Source of the DNA: Lingula anatina
Taxonomy: Eukaryota > Animalia > Brachiopoda
Assembly: GCA_051362555.1 (NCBI GenBank)
Contig: CM120644.1
Coordinates: 16,328,534-16,392,533 of the forward strand
Reading direction: 5' to 3'
Length of the DNA stretch: 64,000 bases
Shown: piece by piece, positions 40,159-52,909 of the stretch
Layout: each line of letters opens with the position of its first letter
Position numbering within the stretch: position 1 is the first letter of the stretch
The notes under the pieces: model-generated
Seen by the model: the letters and a program-made list of their open reading frames with translations, nothing else
Database searches by the model: none
What the model was told of the DNA's origin: nothing
Made by a program: the position numbers and the translations under genes

Positions 40159-40885
40159 TAAAGAAGTTAGTTAATTAAAAAACTATACCTGTACTGAAGT
40201 ACTGAAAGTAGGATATCGTTTTCGTTGCCAAGTCGACGACCTCTGTATCGAGAATATTACACACCCACGCGAGTCGCTGTCCGCAGCGTCAGAAGAATGT
40301 TGACGACCCTTGCTTGCTGTGCAGGACTAGACTGCTTTGCGTATAGCTCAACACTGACCAAAATAACGGCCCAAAGATCACCAGTGGATCGGGAGGGTAG
40401 AATAACCGTCTCGCTTCAGTGTGAATGTTTTTAAGTTTAAGTGGGTGGCGTCAATGGACGTTAAGTATGGATGAATACTCCATTACGGTCAGAAGGCCAC
40501 CGATTCAGTCAACCGATCTAAGCTATGAACTTGAGACTCTTTTAAGTTCATCTGAGGTCAACGCACCCCTACCGAGCCGTGGACGTGCACTTTTATCCAA
40601 GCACTTTAGGTACTCGAGACGTCTTTTCGACACATATTTTCAATTTTTAAAATCGGTTTATTTGCACTGCCATACATTCTTTGTCAAAAAAATTGGCCCA
40701 GCTTTCGTCTTATGTGTTTTTGTTTACAAATTGTTATAGGTACATGAAGGCTGTAAACCGTTCTAAATAATGTTTGTTTCCCCGTATTCCAAATTTGATA
40801 ATAATAATATAACAATTTATTTATTCTAAGTCTGAAATCTATAAGATATGTTAACATTCATAAATTTAACATGACCCAAGGTTAA

Positions 40886-41232
40886 AGGGATAATAACTCT
40901 TCGTTTTGGCCAAAAAATGAATTTTCCTGGAGTAAACAACAATTTTCCCATACTTACCAATGGTTAATAAATCCTTTTTTACATTCAAAGTTAGTCCCTG
41001 TTTTTTTTTTTTTTTTTTCTAAAAAGTTTGGTTTTTTGTTAAAATCTCTTAAGAGATTATAACAGAGTATAGCCATCAGTGGAGGTCACATGGTCTGAAG
41101 ACAAGCTCAGATAACAGAATAATAACTGTAACTGTTGTTTTTGTCGTAAAACAGAATATATCATATTTCTGTGATTTATTCACGATGTTTTTATTGTGAA
41201 ATATAGATTTCATGCGAAGAGTTATTATCCCA
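40886..41232. mobile_element. TTAA-flanked non-autonomous element (Kolobok-like), second copy
   Basis: TTAA|AGGGATAATAACTC ... GAGTTATTATCCCA|TTAA. Confidence 0.8.
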
Positions 41233-41389
41233 TTAAGAAAGGACAAATTGACGGTGAAAATAATCACATTTTATACCATTTATTCACATTAAGAACACGC
41301 CACCCCTCAAATCTGATTTTTCATAGTGATTTCCTAGCTGTACCCGAATCGAGGACTCAGTTGTCCGTAGAAGACACCCGGCTTGGCCT

Positions 41390-41585
41390 TACTATTTTAA
41401 AAGCAAAAAAAGTGACAGAAACGGATGGGATCACTCTTGGACTGTTGAAATTATGTGCCAACGAGCATTCTGGTGCATTGCACAATATCTACAAATGCAA
41501 CTGGTTTTTACATTCTAGCTCTGACCAAAAATCTGTGATATGTCCTGTTCCAAAACACACGGCTGTTACCGTTGTCGATGACAAT
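41390..41585 (+). mobile_element. LINE RT fragment (Rex1/Babar-like)
   Basis: KVTETDGITLGLLKLCANEHSGALHNIY..KSVICPVPK..DD resembles the KA.GPDGI..VLK.CA.QL..IF..K.S.I.PVPK..ND motif at the start of the RT domain. Confidence 0.7.
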
Positions 41586-41769
41586 ACAAGAATCAATTTC
41601 TTACATTACATCGCATGGATGGGCAATTGAGGGTCCTCGGACATGTTGCAGAATGCCTCTTGGAAGAGTGTGTGGACAATGATATTGCCTGTGTCAGATC
41701 AGTCCGTGATTGGAGAGCATTCCAAGCCCATGTTGTTTCTTTTGGAACAGAACATCATTTGGGCATTTT

Positions 41770-42470
41770 ACTTTAACAATTTAAACTGATATTTCACTCT
41801 GTTTACAAGAGGTGATTTCGGGGATATTACAGGCGTCATCATGACAACGCTCTTGCTCACCGTGCTCGTCTGCTGAGCTGCTTGTTGCAGAAACACAATG
41901 TTCTGAGGATGAAGCAACCATCTTTCAGCCCTGATATTAACCGTACTGAGCACCAGTGGCATGAAATAGAGTGTGCAATACGTAGGAGAACCAACCCTCT
42001 GATAATCTGAATCAACTCTGCCATGGTCTTCAGGAACACTAAACGAAATTGTTACCATTGTTGAAACAAAACGAAGACAACATTATTGCAGCATTTAACT
42101 GTAACATTCAGAACTGATATCTCATTCCATTTTGCAAAAGGTGACTTCGTGGATGACTACAAGCTTCATTATGACAACGCACTTGTTCACAGTTCTCGCC
42201 TGGTGATTGATGTGTTGCAAAAAGGCAATGTTCTGAGAATGGATCAGCCATATCTTTTAACCTGAATACTGAGAGGTTGTGGGAGGATTCGGAGTTTGCA
42301 ATGCAGAAAAGAATCGACTCCCTAATAAACTGAAACAACTCCGCCAAGCTCTTCAGGAAGAGTTGGAAAATACCCCACAATACAGAGCTGTAACCCTTGT
42401 TGGAGGCATGCCGCTCAACCTACATGGATTTTATATGACGCACACGCTAATATACACGTGACTTATAAAG
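41770..42470 (+). mobile_element. Two tandem decayed Tc1-like DDE transposase fragments
   Basis: HHDNALAHRAR..FSPDINRTEHQWHEIECAIRRR and HYDNALVHSSR..LKQLRQALQEELENTP match the Tc1 QDNA.PH / SPDLNPIE.LW / ALQEEW motifs. Confidence 0.85.
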
Positions 42471-42869
42471 AGCGCATTCTGACGCCTATTGTCTATTGGT
42501 TTGATGACATTCGGGGGGGGGGGGGGGGGGGTTGCAAATTTTATGGGAGTTGTTTTCTTAATTTCTGTGGAAATTACTGTACGTGGAACTTTATATTTGA
42601 GGGGAACATGCTCGTTATTTGAATAAATAGAAGAAATCTGGATGTCCTTGACGGTATTTTGGTTTTTCTTTTAAATAAGCCTTTTGGACCAAAATAACTA
42701 TTTGCACAGGTTAACGGCTGTCATATATGTGACCATTTTCAAACAAAGGCACACGTGAATAGGAATGAAGGCGGAACAACGTTTTTTACCAACAGAGTAG
42801 TGCTTGGATAAGTGATACGGCACCCCTGGCGATATTTCCCTGCACAAGAAAACCCCGTGTTTCACTATG

Positions 42870-42905
<36 letters not shown>

Positions 42906-45002
42906 GGGAGAATGGATGGACAGGTAGATATGTAACAAGAGGCAAAGGTCATTTCACCCGGACATGTATCACGTGGCCTTCCTGTGACAAGGTCAAACAA
43001 GGTCATCGTGTCCTACCAGAATACCCAATCACGTTCAAGTTCAGTCATTAAATGACCTGATCCGAATCCAGGGCATTAGGGATCTTTTCGTGCTAAGAAT
43101 AGTGACCAAAGGCCTGAACAAATAAGAGTACGGCAACAAAAGGATTAAAAGCTATAGATCTATTGACTTTGTAGTGTACACTGGTAACTGGTAAATATAA
43201 AAGGGGCTCAGTATAGTTTACGCTGCATTACTCCCTTGAACACCCTTGGCTTCTCCGCTGATTTTCATTCAGTGGAAAAACAAACATAAAGCCCCCTTTA
43301 CACTTGACGGCGTTCTTTTTGGGTTCCGTGGTACGGCCCCGTCTGATATAAAACAAAATAATAACAATACTCGCCGATCACTGAGCATTCATTTTGCAAG
43401 CAAAACGTTGCTTGTGCCTCCTTTCTACGACCACAGTTATGCCAGTAATACATGTACAATCTGTAAAACGATCTTTGTCCCCGGTACAGGGTACTGAACA
43501 GGTACTGATCAAAATTGAACCAAGTCTTTGGCATTTTACTAGTGTCACAAGATGCACGATTCACCTTTAGCCAAAAGCTACACATCACTTATATTATTTT
43601 GAAAATCAGTCAGTGAGTTTCTGGCCACTTAATAATTTGAGAAAAACAAGCTTTTTATGTATTAAAACTACTCACTGGATAAACACTATCACATTGGTGG
43701 GAAATAAAGAATGTGTGTGCTGTTTGCAGAAATTATCATTGAACGACTGAGTACAAAACACAGCTGATAAAATTATTTGTCCAAAACAAACATCTAGAAC
43801 AAATCTGACAGTATGCCCTCACTATCTTGATCACGTTCGAGTCTCAAATCAGACAAATATGCTGATAATAGAGAAACGGCGTCTTGTCGGCCTGGTATAA
43901 GTTCGGTTAATGACCTAAAACAAGACCACTGTTTCTAGTTAGCATAGAACTAAATAAGCTAATCAAATGATAAAATTGCTCATGGTGCAATCAATTTGAA
44001 AAATTGCATAATTATTTTTTTAACCCAAATAAATTAATAAAATTATAGAGCACACAAATACAAGCCATTTCATGTTTCAAACTTTGACACATGAACTTAA
44101 ACTCTCATTACAAAAAACAATCAAATCCCCTGTATATATTTTAACGGCCGTGCCAAATACAAAATTTCAGCTCGCTGTGGATAAAATTTAATTATAAAGT
44201 GATTTTCAAAATTGCCTAATCTTTTTCAATTTTTTTTTTTTTTGGTACGGACCCCCATTTGCTGATCAATTGCACAAAGCTAAAAGTTGCATGACAAAAG
44301 ACGCAATTTATATGTACACTGCACTGGAGCGTGATATTTTGTTAATGTTGCTAAATAAAGATAATGATAATAATAAAGAATTAAACGCATCTCTAGAGAC
44401 AGGAACTGTACTTATAAGAATATTTTTAATGTGTTAACCATGCCGTGTTTCCTATAGTTAAATACTGTTATGAATATCATAAACCAAGTTAAAAGCGTGC
44501 GACCTCGCACAAATAGATCAGGCATGAATTTTAAGATGGTGGATCTCAATTATTCAGGATATAAAGCTATGAAAGTAAACTTTAACCTCTTCTTCCCGAG
44601 TCCATGCCACGCCGATTGTGCCAGGCGCGACAACTAATTTAGTGTGTACATCTAATGCAATCATGTATGGAGGTTTTTATTTTTGGTCAAAACTATTTAT
44701 TTTTATTACTTATTTTTCGTATTTCAACATCTATTAATTTTCATTTATGGTTGAAAATTTTTCATTCGTTGTCAATAGTTTTTCAAATGACTTTCTTCTT
44801 TCAAACACATATTTTCATCATATTTTATCAGAACGTTTTAATAGCTAGATTATGGCAACTTCTAGCGTTTAATTTACAGACACTTTAACAGGTCTGATGT
44901 CAAAATGTCTGATGCCCCTCCTTCTCTTTTTCTTCAGCTCCTGTTTGTCTGTACATAATCACCTAGCAGATGACTTCGTGTTGTCAGAGAAAACCCCCAT
45001 TG

Positions 45003-45183
45003 CAGGGGCGGATTGAGGCCGTCTTCTGGCTCTTACTAACCTCGAAAGACGGTAAGGTTTTTAAGTTTACATTGACGGGTATACATATATATTTTTTTCT
45101 GTCGGAAGACAGTCAAAAATGGAGGATGGACTAACAAAGATAATTTGGAAGACTGTCAGAAAATATCTCTGGATCCGCCCCTG
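45003..45183 (+). mobile_element. MITE family M1, TSD CATTG
   Basis: TIRs and perfect 5-bp direct repeat. Confidence 0.9.
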
Positions 45184-45463
45184 CATTGGACATCCCGAGT
45201 AACTTCGCCACCTTTCAGTATTTCAAATCTATAGAATAAGATCGTTGAGAACCCTTACTTTAAACTTTGAGTTTAAGGAATGTTTTGCTAAAAACATGGG
45301 GTCAAAATTGCGTGGGCCAGCTTACTCCACCCCAAATACAAATTTGTTTTCTCTGCACCTGTTTAAAACTCCGTTGCATTATCAACGTTATTATTCCAGT
45401 ATGTTGGAGACAGAGGGGGTGTGGTGCTTATTGAGGAAAGTTTTCTATGATCCCTGAATTATA

Positions 45464-45678
45464 GACCCCATTCCCAGAGATTAGATCGATCCAAACTAGA
45501 TCGACCTAACTCCTTGGGGGTTCACGCTATATAGCTGTCAGCTGGGCGGACACGAAAGTTAATTACCCGCTTACAGCTTGTAGTAGGCGGGACGGGCATT
45601 TAAGCCGGATTATCGCACAGTGATCTAGTGAGACTCCCCATGGGGATAGATCGATCTAAAATCTATGGGAATGCGCCC
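45464..45678. mobile_element. MITE (PIF/Harbinger-like termini); further copies at ~52415-52625, 55080-55292, 57740-57952
   Basis: cattcccagagattagatcgatc ... gatcgatctaaaatctatgggaatg TIRs; shared internal sequence. Confidence 0.75.
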
Positions 45679-45814
45679 ATAGTGTATGCACATTTGACCG
45701 AAGAACAATAAGTCTGTGCTTGGACTGACCTATAGTTTGATGGTCGACCTACTAATCTATATTACAGATTTACACTATGGTTTGCCATTATTGATATACG
45801 TAAAACGCCATTGT

Positions 45815-46240
45815 ATTTTTATTTGATCTGTGGTCTACTGTTTCACTGGCGTCACTTAGTGCAAAAGTTACGAGAAGTTGTCCTTTATTATTTTTCTCAA
45901 TGGTTGTGGAAAGAAATATTCGTGTGCATGAAAAAACTACGCAGTATTACACTTCACAAACATTATGCCTACTATTGTATTGTTTATTTGATCTGTAATG
46001 TACTGTTTCACTGGATTCACTCCTTTAACATTTTTCTCAGTGGTTGTGGAAATAAGGAATTCGTTTACATGGTAAAACTGCGCAGCATAATACTTCATCT
46101 ATACTATGTTTACTTGATCTGTAATCTGACGTTTTACCAGAGTCATTTAGTGCAATGTCTACAAGAAAGTTTGTCTTTATTATTTTTCTCAGTGGATGTG
46201 GGAAGGAAGGAATTCGTGTGCGTGGTAAAACTGCTCACTA
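45815..46240. repeat. Degenerate tandem repeat, 3 units of ~130-160 bp
   Basis: Recurrent ttgatctgt..actgtttcactgg..tttttctca.tgg.tgtgg..attcgt..aaaact. Confidence 0.75.
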
Positions 46241-46428
46241 TTCCATTGAATATACATTGTACATTAACTATGCATACTTTTACTCTCCCTTCTCGTCCTC
46301 AATCAACAGCAGTAGGCCTACTATTTTCGCAAGATATTGTCAGGGAATATTGGTCAATAAATAAAAATTAAATAAGTTAAAATAAAATAAAACTGTTTTG
46401 CAAGATATCGCCAATGCATTTTGAGTCA

Positions 46429-46473
<45 letters not shown>

Positions 46474-46737
46474 CAACAAATCACACTGTGGACTTGATGT
46501 AATACAATCAATTTGCTCACACAAACGCACACACACGCGTACGCGCACGCCTAGCTGTGTTCCTTAATTAAAGTTGAAATAATTGCACTCTTTCTGTGGA
46601 TATCATTTTATTGGTTTATTGTCGATGTTTTTTTTTTAATAACAGACTAAATTAAAAGTGCATCGATATTTTCATGAAGTGCACCTTAAAAACATTATTA
46701 CTTTTATACATTGTTGTGCAACGACCACAACAACAGC

Positions 46738-46769
<32 letters not shown>

Positions 46770-46771
46770 CC

Positions 46772-46806
<35 letters not shown>

Positions 46807-46807
46807 C

Positions 46808-46844
<37 letters not shown>

Positions 46845-47756
46845 TTGCTAGAGATATTAAGAGAGAAACGTCAACATAAAATATACTCCTCTTGATTTTT
46901 CTTCTACTTAAGCGTTTTATTATTATTATTATTTTATTATTATTATAATTTTAAAGGAAGTTTGATGTCAAAAAGACTATACCTGAACTGTAGGCCAGAT
47001 ATCCTTGTCAAGTCGATCACTTCTTAATTGAGCGCTCCGGTATCGGGAATATTCTAGGCTTCTCACACCCCGACGAGTCGCTGCCCGTAGCGTCAATGTC
47101 AACGAAAGTCAACGATCCTTCTCTGCTGCACAGGTCACTCCTGCTGTGCTTGTCAGTCCACGTGCAATAACCAAAATACACTCCAAATTAGGGGTGCAAA
47201 AATAAGTGACGGATCGGGAGGGTAAAAAAAAGGGTAAACTAGCCGGAGGGTGGCGTTGATAGGCGTGGAGTATGGATGATTACACCCCTCGAGGGCACTG
47301 GGGCACCAGCCCAGTCAACCGTTCTAAGTCACAGACGTGAAACCTGTTTCAGTACATCTGAGGTTACTAAACTTTTCCAGGCCTTATGGACGTGTACTTT
47401 AATTTAAATACACGCCAGTTCTTTGTGACGTCATTTGGTTACACTTTAATAACCATTTTATTTGGACTGCCATATAAGGATGGTAGATGAAGCGTTGCAG
47501 AGAATGTATTCATAATTGTACAATTAAAAATGTTGCACTGAAACGATTTAGTGTTTACTGGCACCGGACGCCTATGGTGGAAAATATATGATAATAATAA
47601 TTATAATTGTTTTGATGGATGATTTCTGTCCCCAAAGATGCTTTCTATTGATGGTAATAGGTGCTGCACCAGAATTTCAATGTGACGTTCATGGTTCAGA
47701 TTTAAATTTAGCAACACTAGTTCACCAAATCCGTGGAAACCAATACAACCCCAAAC

Positions 47757-48035
47757 CAGTGGCGGATTTAGAGGGGTGGGGTCAGGGGGGTCAGTTTCTG
47801 AAAAATATCTCACACCAATATTCCCCTCTTGAAATAAGAATTTTGACAAGCTAAATCATAGTTCTAAACCGTGCCAAAGGGCACTGTTTGCTCTCCAAAA
47901 CACCAAAAAATTTTCGGGGCCCTTCAGCAGGCCCCGAACCCCACACCAAAGGGGCAATGGTCGGCTTCGCATCCGACGTCTGTCGTTTGGGACCCCCCCC
48001 CCCCCCCTTTTCAAATAATCCTGGATCCCCCCCTG
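47757..48035 (+). mobile_element. MITE family M2, interrupting a Tc1 transposase remnant
   Basis: CAGTGGCGGAT...GGATCCCCCCCTG; flanks CAAAC/TAAAC. Confidence 0.8.
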
Positions 48036-48282
48036 TAAACGGAAGTGGTCTGTCTAGTGAGGGAAAAAAATGGCCCCAGTGACCTATTGCCCATGCAATG
48101 GTTTTGCAACCCATGTCACAGTTTTCGTCTGTTTACCAAGGTGATGATTTGTTTTCACCTGGGAACCCTGCTGTAAATTGAGCCTTCTTTGAACAGTCTA
48201 TTTGCTAATCTCAACCTGCAAATTGCGTGACTACTGCAAAGCTACATGTAATTTGCTGCACGTTTCAAATCCCATAGGCCCT

Positions 48283-48450
48283 CAGGGGCGGATCCAGAGC
48301 TATTTACTGACAGTCTTCCAAATGATCTTTGTTGATTCATCCTTCAATTTTGACCGTCTTCCAACATGAAAAATTGGATACCCCTCAACGTAAACTTGAA
48401 AATCTGACCGTCTTCCGGAAGACCCAGAAGACGTCCTAAATCCGCCCCTG
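48283..48450 (-). mobile_element. MITE family M1 (inverted), inserted in a Tc1 remnant
   Basis: TIRs; flanks GCCCT/GCACT. Confidence 0.88.
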
Positions 48451-49974
48451 GCACTGTCAGCATCAGAAAACGGCTCTATAGTCTCTGGCACCAGTTTTCT
48501 TTGAGGGGTCATTTCGTGGTACTTTATTGGCATAATCAGTGTCCTCCAACTTTTTCCAAACCCTGTATACAGTCTGACCAGACATACTATATCTGGCAGC
48601 TATCTGGGGGACATCTATACCCTCCTCCTATACAGCTACATTTTCTTATCTTTACTGCATTTATGACCTCGAGCACTTTAACCGTGGTAGAAAGGTGACA
48701 GCCAGAAGGGTGTTAAACATCCGATGAAACCCTTTATAGTGCGCATGGATGAAAATTTATCACTGGTTACGTGTGCAGTAAATCTCGAATCACAAAAACG
48801 GGCCTTCCATGTCACATGACGCACTATTCAAACAGATGGTGCAATATTTTGCCATCTCTCTGTATCTGTAAAACTTGAATATACCTTAGTCAGAAACTTT
48901 TCATTTATGATAGATCCTGAAATTTGATTTACCTGTTGACTGTTTCGTCTGTTCACTCTGACAGACTTGGTCACAACTGAATTACCTGTTCAGATGAAGG
49001 TGAACAGGTAATTACCTCAGTCTTGATGATGACTTGAATAAACCTTGTTAGCACAGGCGAAAGAATTTACAGCTCTGGATAAGACTTTAAACTATGAAAC
49101 TCAACGTACAGTAACAGAAATATGGTTGATAAATTTTATGAAAAAAATGAGATTTACATAAGGCGGGTTAGCACTAGAAACAAATTTAAGTTACGTGGTG
49201 TCACTTAACCTCTGCCCTGATGCAGGATGGGCTTTTCGGACATACAGTAATAACTCATTTCTTTACATATCCATTTATTATTTCATTTATTCTCCTTTAA
49301 TCATATTTGCAACAACACGTTTAAGGTCACCGTGTACTTAAACGCGTGCTAAATCTTGACTTTTAAACTGAACTGAATTTCTTTTGATTCAACCGAACAC
49401 TTTATAAAGTCACATGCCTGGGGCTTAACGTATCACAATGAAAAAATGTTCGAACGCATTTTCTTCCATTATTCTTATTATGCCTAGAGGCATGCTATAC
49501 AGCAAGCTCTTAGTGAACCAAATACCTCAAAAGTCAAATTGGTTGCAATGGCGCGTCTTCCTGTGTCACGCAGTCAACAGGAGTTAATTAAAAGGGAATA
49601 TAATCTAATAAAGATGCATTTGAAGTCAAATATTTTCCAAAAAAAAAAAGCCAACCAAATGCCAACATATAGTTTCAAATAGTATAATGGTAGTCCCTCG
49701 ATCCGAGGAGGATTTTCTGTGATGTACTGCTGTTTTTTTGAGTCCTCATATGGCTAAATTTTGACTGGATTTGCAATGTCTCTGGCATATCTGACACTGG
49801 GAGGCTATACTGCATGGACGATATCCCGTAGCGACGATCTCTTGCTTCCCTCATTTTCTCAGACATTTTATTTTTTGAAAGAACTTCAGGAATTCGTTAC
49901 AGTCGAGCGTTACCAATCTCAATCTCTGGCGGTACTGCAGGGGAAATGTTACACCATTTCAGGTCTATTTTCAG

Positions 49975-50480
49975 ATTTTCTTTGAAGAGTTAGCGTGGGC
50001 TCCCTCTGTTTCTCTGCCCTTGTGCAATCTCACATATTAGAAGCTGTTTGGACATTCGATGGTCTTCCATTCGAATGACATGGCCTGACCATCTGAGCAT
50101 TGCCGTCATAATCGTTGCCTCAGTGGGGATAGGCTTTGATCTTTTAATAACCTCAATGTAAGTGATCTTGTTTTGCCACTTTATCCCAAGAACAGAAAGT
50201 GGAGTTCACTAATGGAATAGCTGTTTTATGTGCTTCCTTTATGTAGCCCGTGATTCACAACCATACATGTACAATAGAGAAGGAAAGAAGACTGCATTGT
50301 ATATCTTGAGTGATTTGTCAAGAGTAACATCATTGTGATTACAGTACCAGTATTTTGTTCCGTTGTCTTCCCAGAGCCTTCCTCGCTTTGCTTATTGTAG
50401 AAAGTATCTCCTTATCCAGTGAGCAATTACTTGAGATAGCACTACCAAGATATGTGAAACAGTCATCATTCTTCAGCTGT
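49975..50480 (-). mobile_element. RTE/BovB-clade LINE 3' remnant
   Basis: FTYLGSAISSNCSLDKEI and MLRWSGHVIRMEDHRMSKQLLICEIAQGQRNRG motifs. Confidence 0.85.
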
Positions 50481-51447
50481 TTTATTGTCTCCTATGTGGT
50501 ATAGTGTAACTTAGAGAAATACCAAAGGATACCGTTTCATATATTACCCGAAAAATGATTTTTGAACGGATATTTTCTGCTGACTTTCTACGCGATATAT
50601 AACGGGGCAGATACGTAAGTAGGTCAATTAACGTCCAAAAACGTGAAGAAGGTAAAGTTGTAAAGCTCTTATGTGGCTGATCGAGTGATTTATTCCTTTT
50701 ATCCCTTGGCATGTACGTTGACTTTGTTTGAGTACGTAAAAGAAACTTGTAGAAAAGGTTTATGTGGGTTGCTTGGAATCCAGGCTCAGTTCAAATGGTA
50801 TTTAAGGATATTGAAACCCTTTGTTATCACCCAGATACTGAAAATGAGGTTTTTCCTGCATTTAATTATTCAATAATACATTATTTTTGTACTGATTTAA
50901 AACATTAAAAATCCCCTCGAAAATATTAAATGCCCCGTTTATATTTCTCTTTGCAATATATAAGCATTGGCAACTCAAAGCTTAAATCGTCAATTTAACA
51001 CCTTTCTATTTTTAGGTGACATAGTAATCGGTATGGGTAGTAACTTCATCCATAAACAAGATTTTATCACGAAAATTGGCAGAGTCGACCATTTTGGTTT
51101 AAATGTTATTGCTATGGAGCAATGAGCCCCTGATTACAGATTTTCATTTTACAAATGCATTATTTTGCTTTATTAAAGATAAAATCTTAATTAAGAGTTC
51201 TAAGAAAAATCGCTGGCATGGTTTTGTAGTACTAAATGAGATCATTATATCAACGTTAAAACGGTGATCGTGGGTGCTCAGGTAAAGGAGAAATTTGAGA
51301 AACCGATTTTTTCAGTTTTTATCCCAAAATCGCAATTTTGACGTCACCCGTAAGATGACATGTGTAAATGTTAAATAATTTAGTCGCTGAACATAGAACA
51401 TTTATCTTTTGCCGAAAAGAAGGTATGTAAGGCAGTAAATAAGGACA

Positions 51448-52870
51448 TTTGGGCGAAGGGTGACAATATCCTTAAGGCACTGCCACACTTAGCGTATAGC
51501 ACTCACATTCGAGAAAATTGCCCATGTGCAAACAACCTCAAGGGGGGTCGTTAGACTTACGTCGTATACGTCTTGAGTACGCAGACAAACGTTGGTGTGT
51601 GTTTGAATACGCGGAGCTAGATTAATTTTTTTGAACATGTTCAAAAACAATTTCATAAGCAGCTTATATGTTCATTTTCATACATTGGAGACAGGCTTCT
51701 TTCATACGCTCTTTGTGCGTATGATCGATTTCACAAACGATACTGATATTTACCTTTTTATGCTAGGCCCCCGTTTCACAAAGAATCTTGAATCCTTAGT
51801 TGAATTGGATGTGTGCATGTGTCTACGAGAGTGCTGTAACACTATTCGTAATTCTATGTGTTTGTGTGGATGTGTGTTTGTGTGTGTGTGTTTATGTGTG
51901 TGTGACAGAACATTTACCGCGGGTTATCAACCGGACGCCAATGGTGCAACTGTAGAGTGAAGACATTTTAATGCGTCTCGCAACAGAGTGTGCCAAAAAC
52001 GCTCGTGACGTCGGTAACCCCCGCTTCTCTCATTAGCCCTTGGTGTGATCAAAATGAACAAAAATGACTGTAAATGACTAGGAATCATCGTTTTATTCAT
52101 CTGAGAAACCAAACAGTGACAATTTTTGAAACAAAAATGGGATAACTAACACTTTCTTTTGCCTCTCCCAGCCCCCCTTCTCTCTCTCTCTCTCTCTCTC
52201 TCTCTAAACCCCACCTCTTCCCTGCGAAGAAAATTCTAGATATAAGAGTCAAATTTGGTGTATTTTGCAATTCCTCCGTGGTTTTTCATACAGTCACTTT
52301 TTCTTTATATGATACAATACAAAAGCTGTCCTTTCTATCATCTCCAGCAAGGGACTGCTACTCTCCCGTCCTTTTCCACCCGGTACATGTACCTGTCAAG
52401 AGACATCTAAGACACAAATTTAGATCGATCCATCTGGATCAACCTTACTCCCTGGGGGTTCACGCTACATTGCTGTCAGCTTCCGGGAGCCAAGCGCGCA
52501 CAAAAGTTAATTACTCCCATTACAGCTTTAAGTAGGCGGGACAGACATTTAAGCCGGTCAAGCTGACATTAAATTAGTGAGACTCCCCAGGGGGATAGAT
52601 CGATCTAAATATCTGTGGGAATGGTCTCTAAGAGCAGCTGCGCTTGAAGCCGTGACAGATTAGTGACGTGTTGCATACATGCTGTGAGTCAGTGTTTTCT
52701 CGTCAACAAACACACGCGACCAAACATTCTACTCAGGTGATCCTTATCTATGATCGTACATATCATGTAGTGCCAAGGTTTATTATATAACATTTCTATA
52801 ACTATATCATTACATAATATATATTATTACTATAACGATCCATGGTTTTGTAAAGTGAAGTGAACAAGGT

Positions 52871-52909
<39 letters not shown>

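Larger units (their letters stand above)
37385..47474. repeat. Old direct duplication: blocks A (37385-38090 / 43530-43970), B (39230-39552 / 44415-44666), C (40180-40675 / 46972-47474)
   Basis: Three collinear diverged blocks plus a shared (CAA)n(TAA)n microsatellite just before block C in both copies. Confidence 0.85.
47590..48566 (-). mobile_element. Decayed Tc1-like element, split by two MITEs
   Basis: VWGCIGFHGFGELV..LN..HIEILVQHLLPSIESIFGD and TVQRRL motifs; TA|CAGGGTTTGGAAAAAGTT-type terminus at ~48566. Confidence 0.8.

Noticed and set aside
45811-46371. 186-aa hydrophobic ORF
   Set aside because: Non-ATG start, lies in a degenerate tandem repeat, composition reflects AT-rich DNA.
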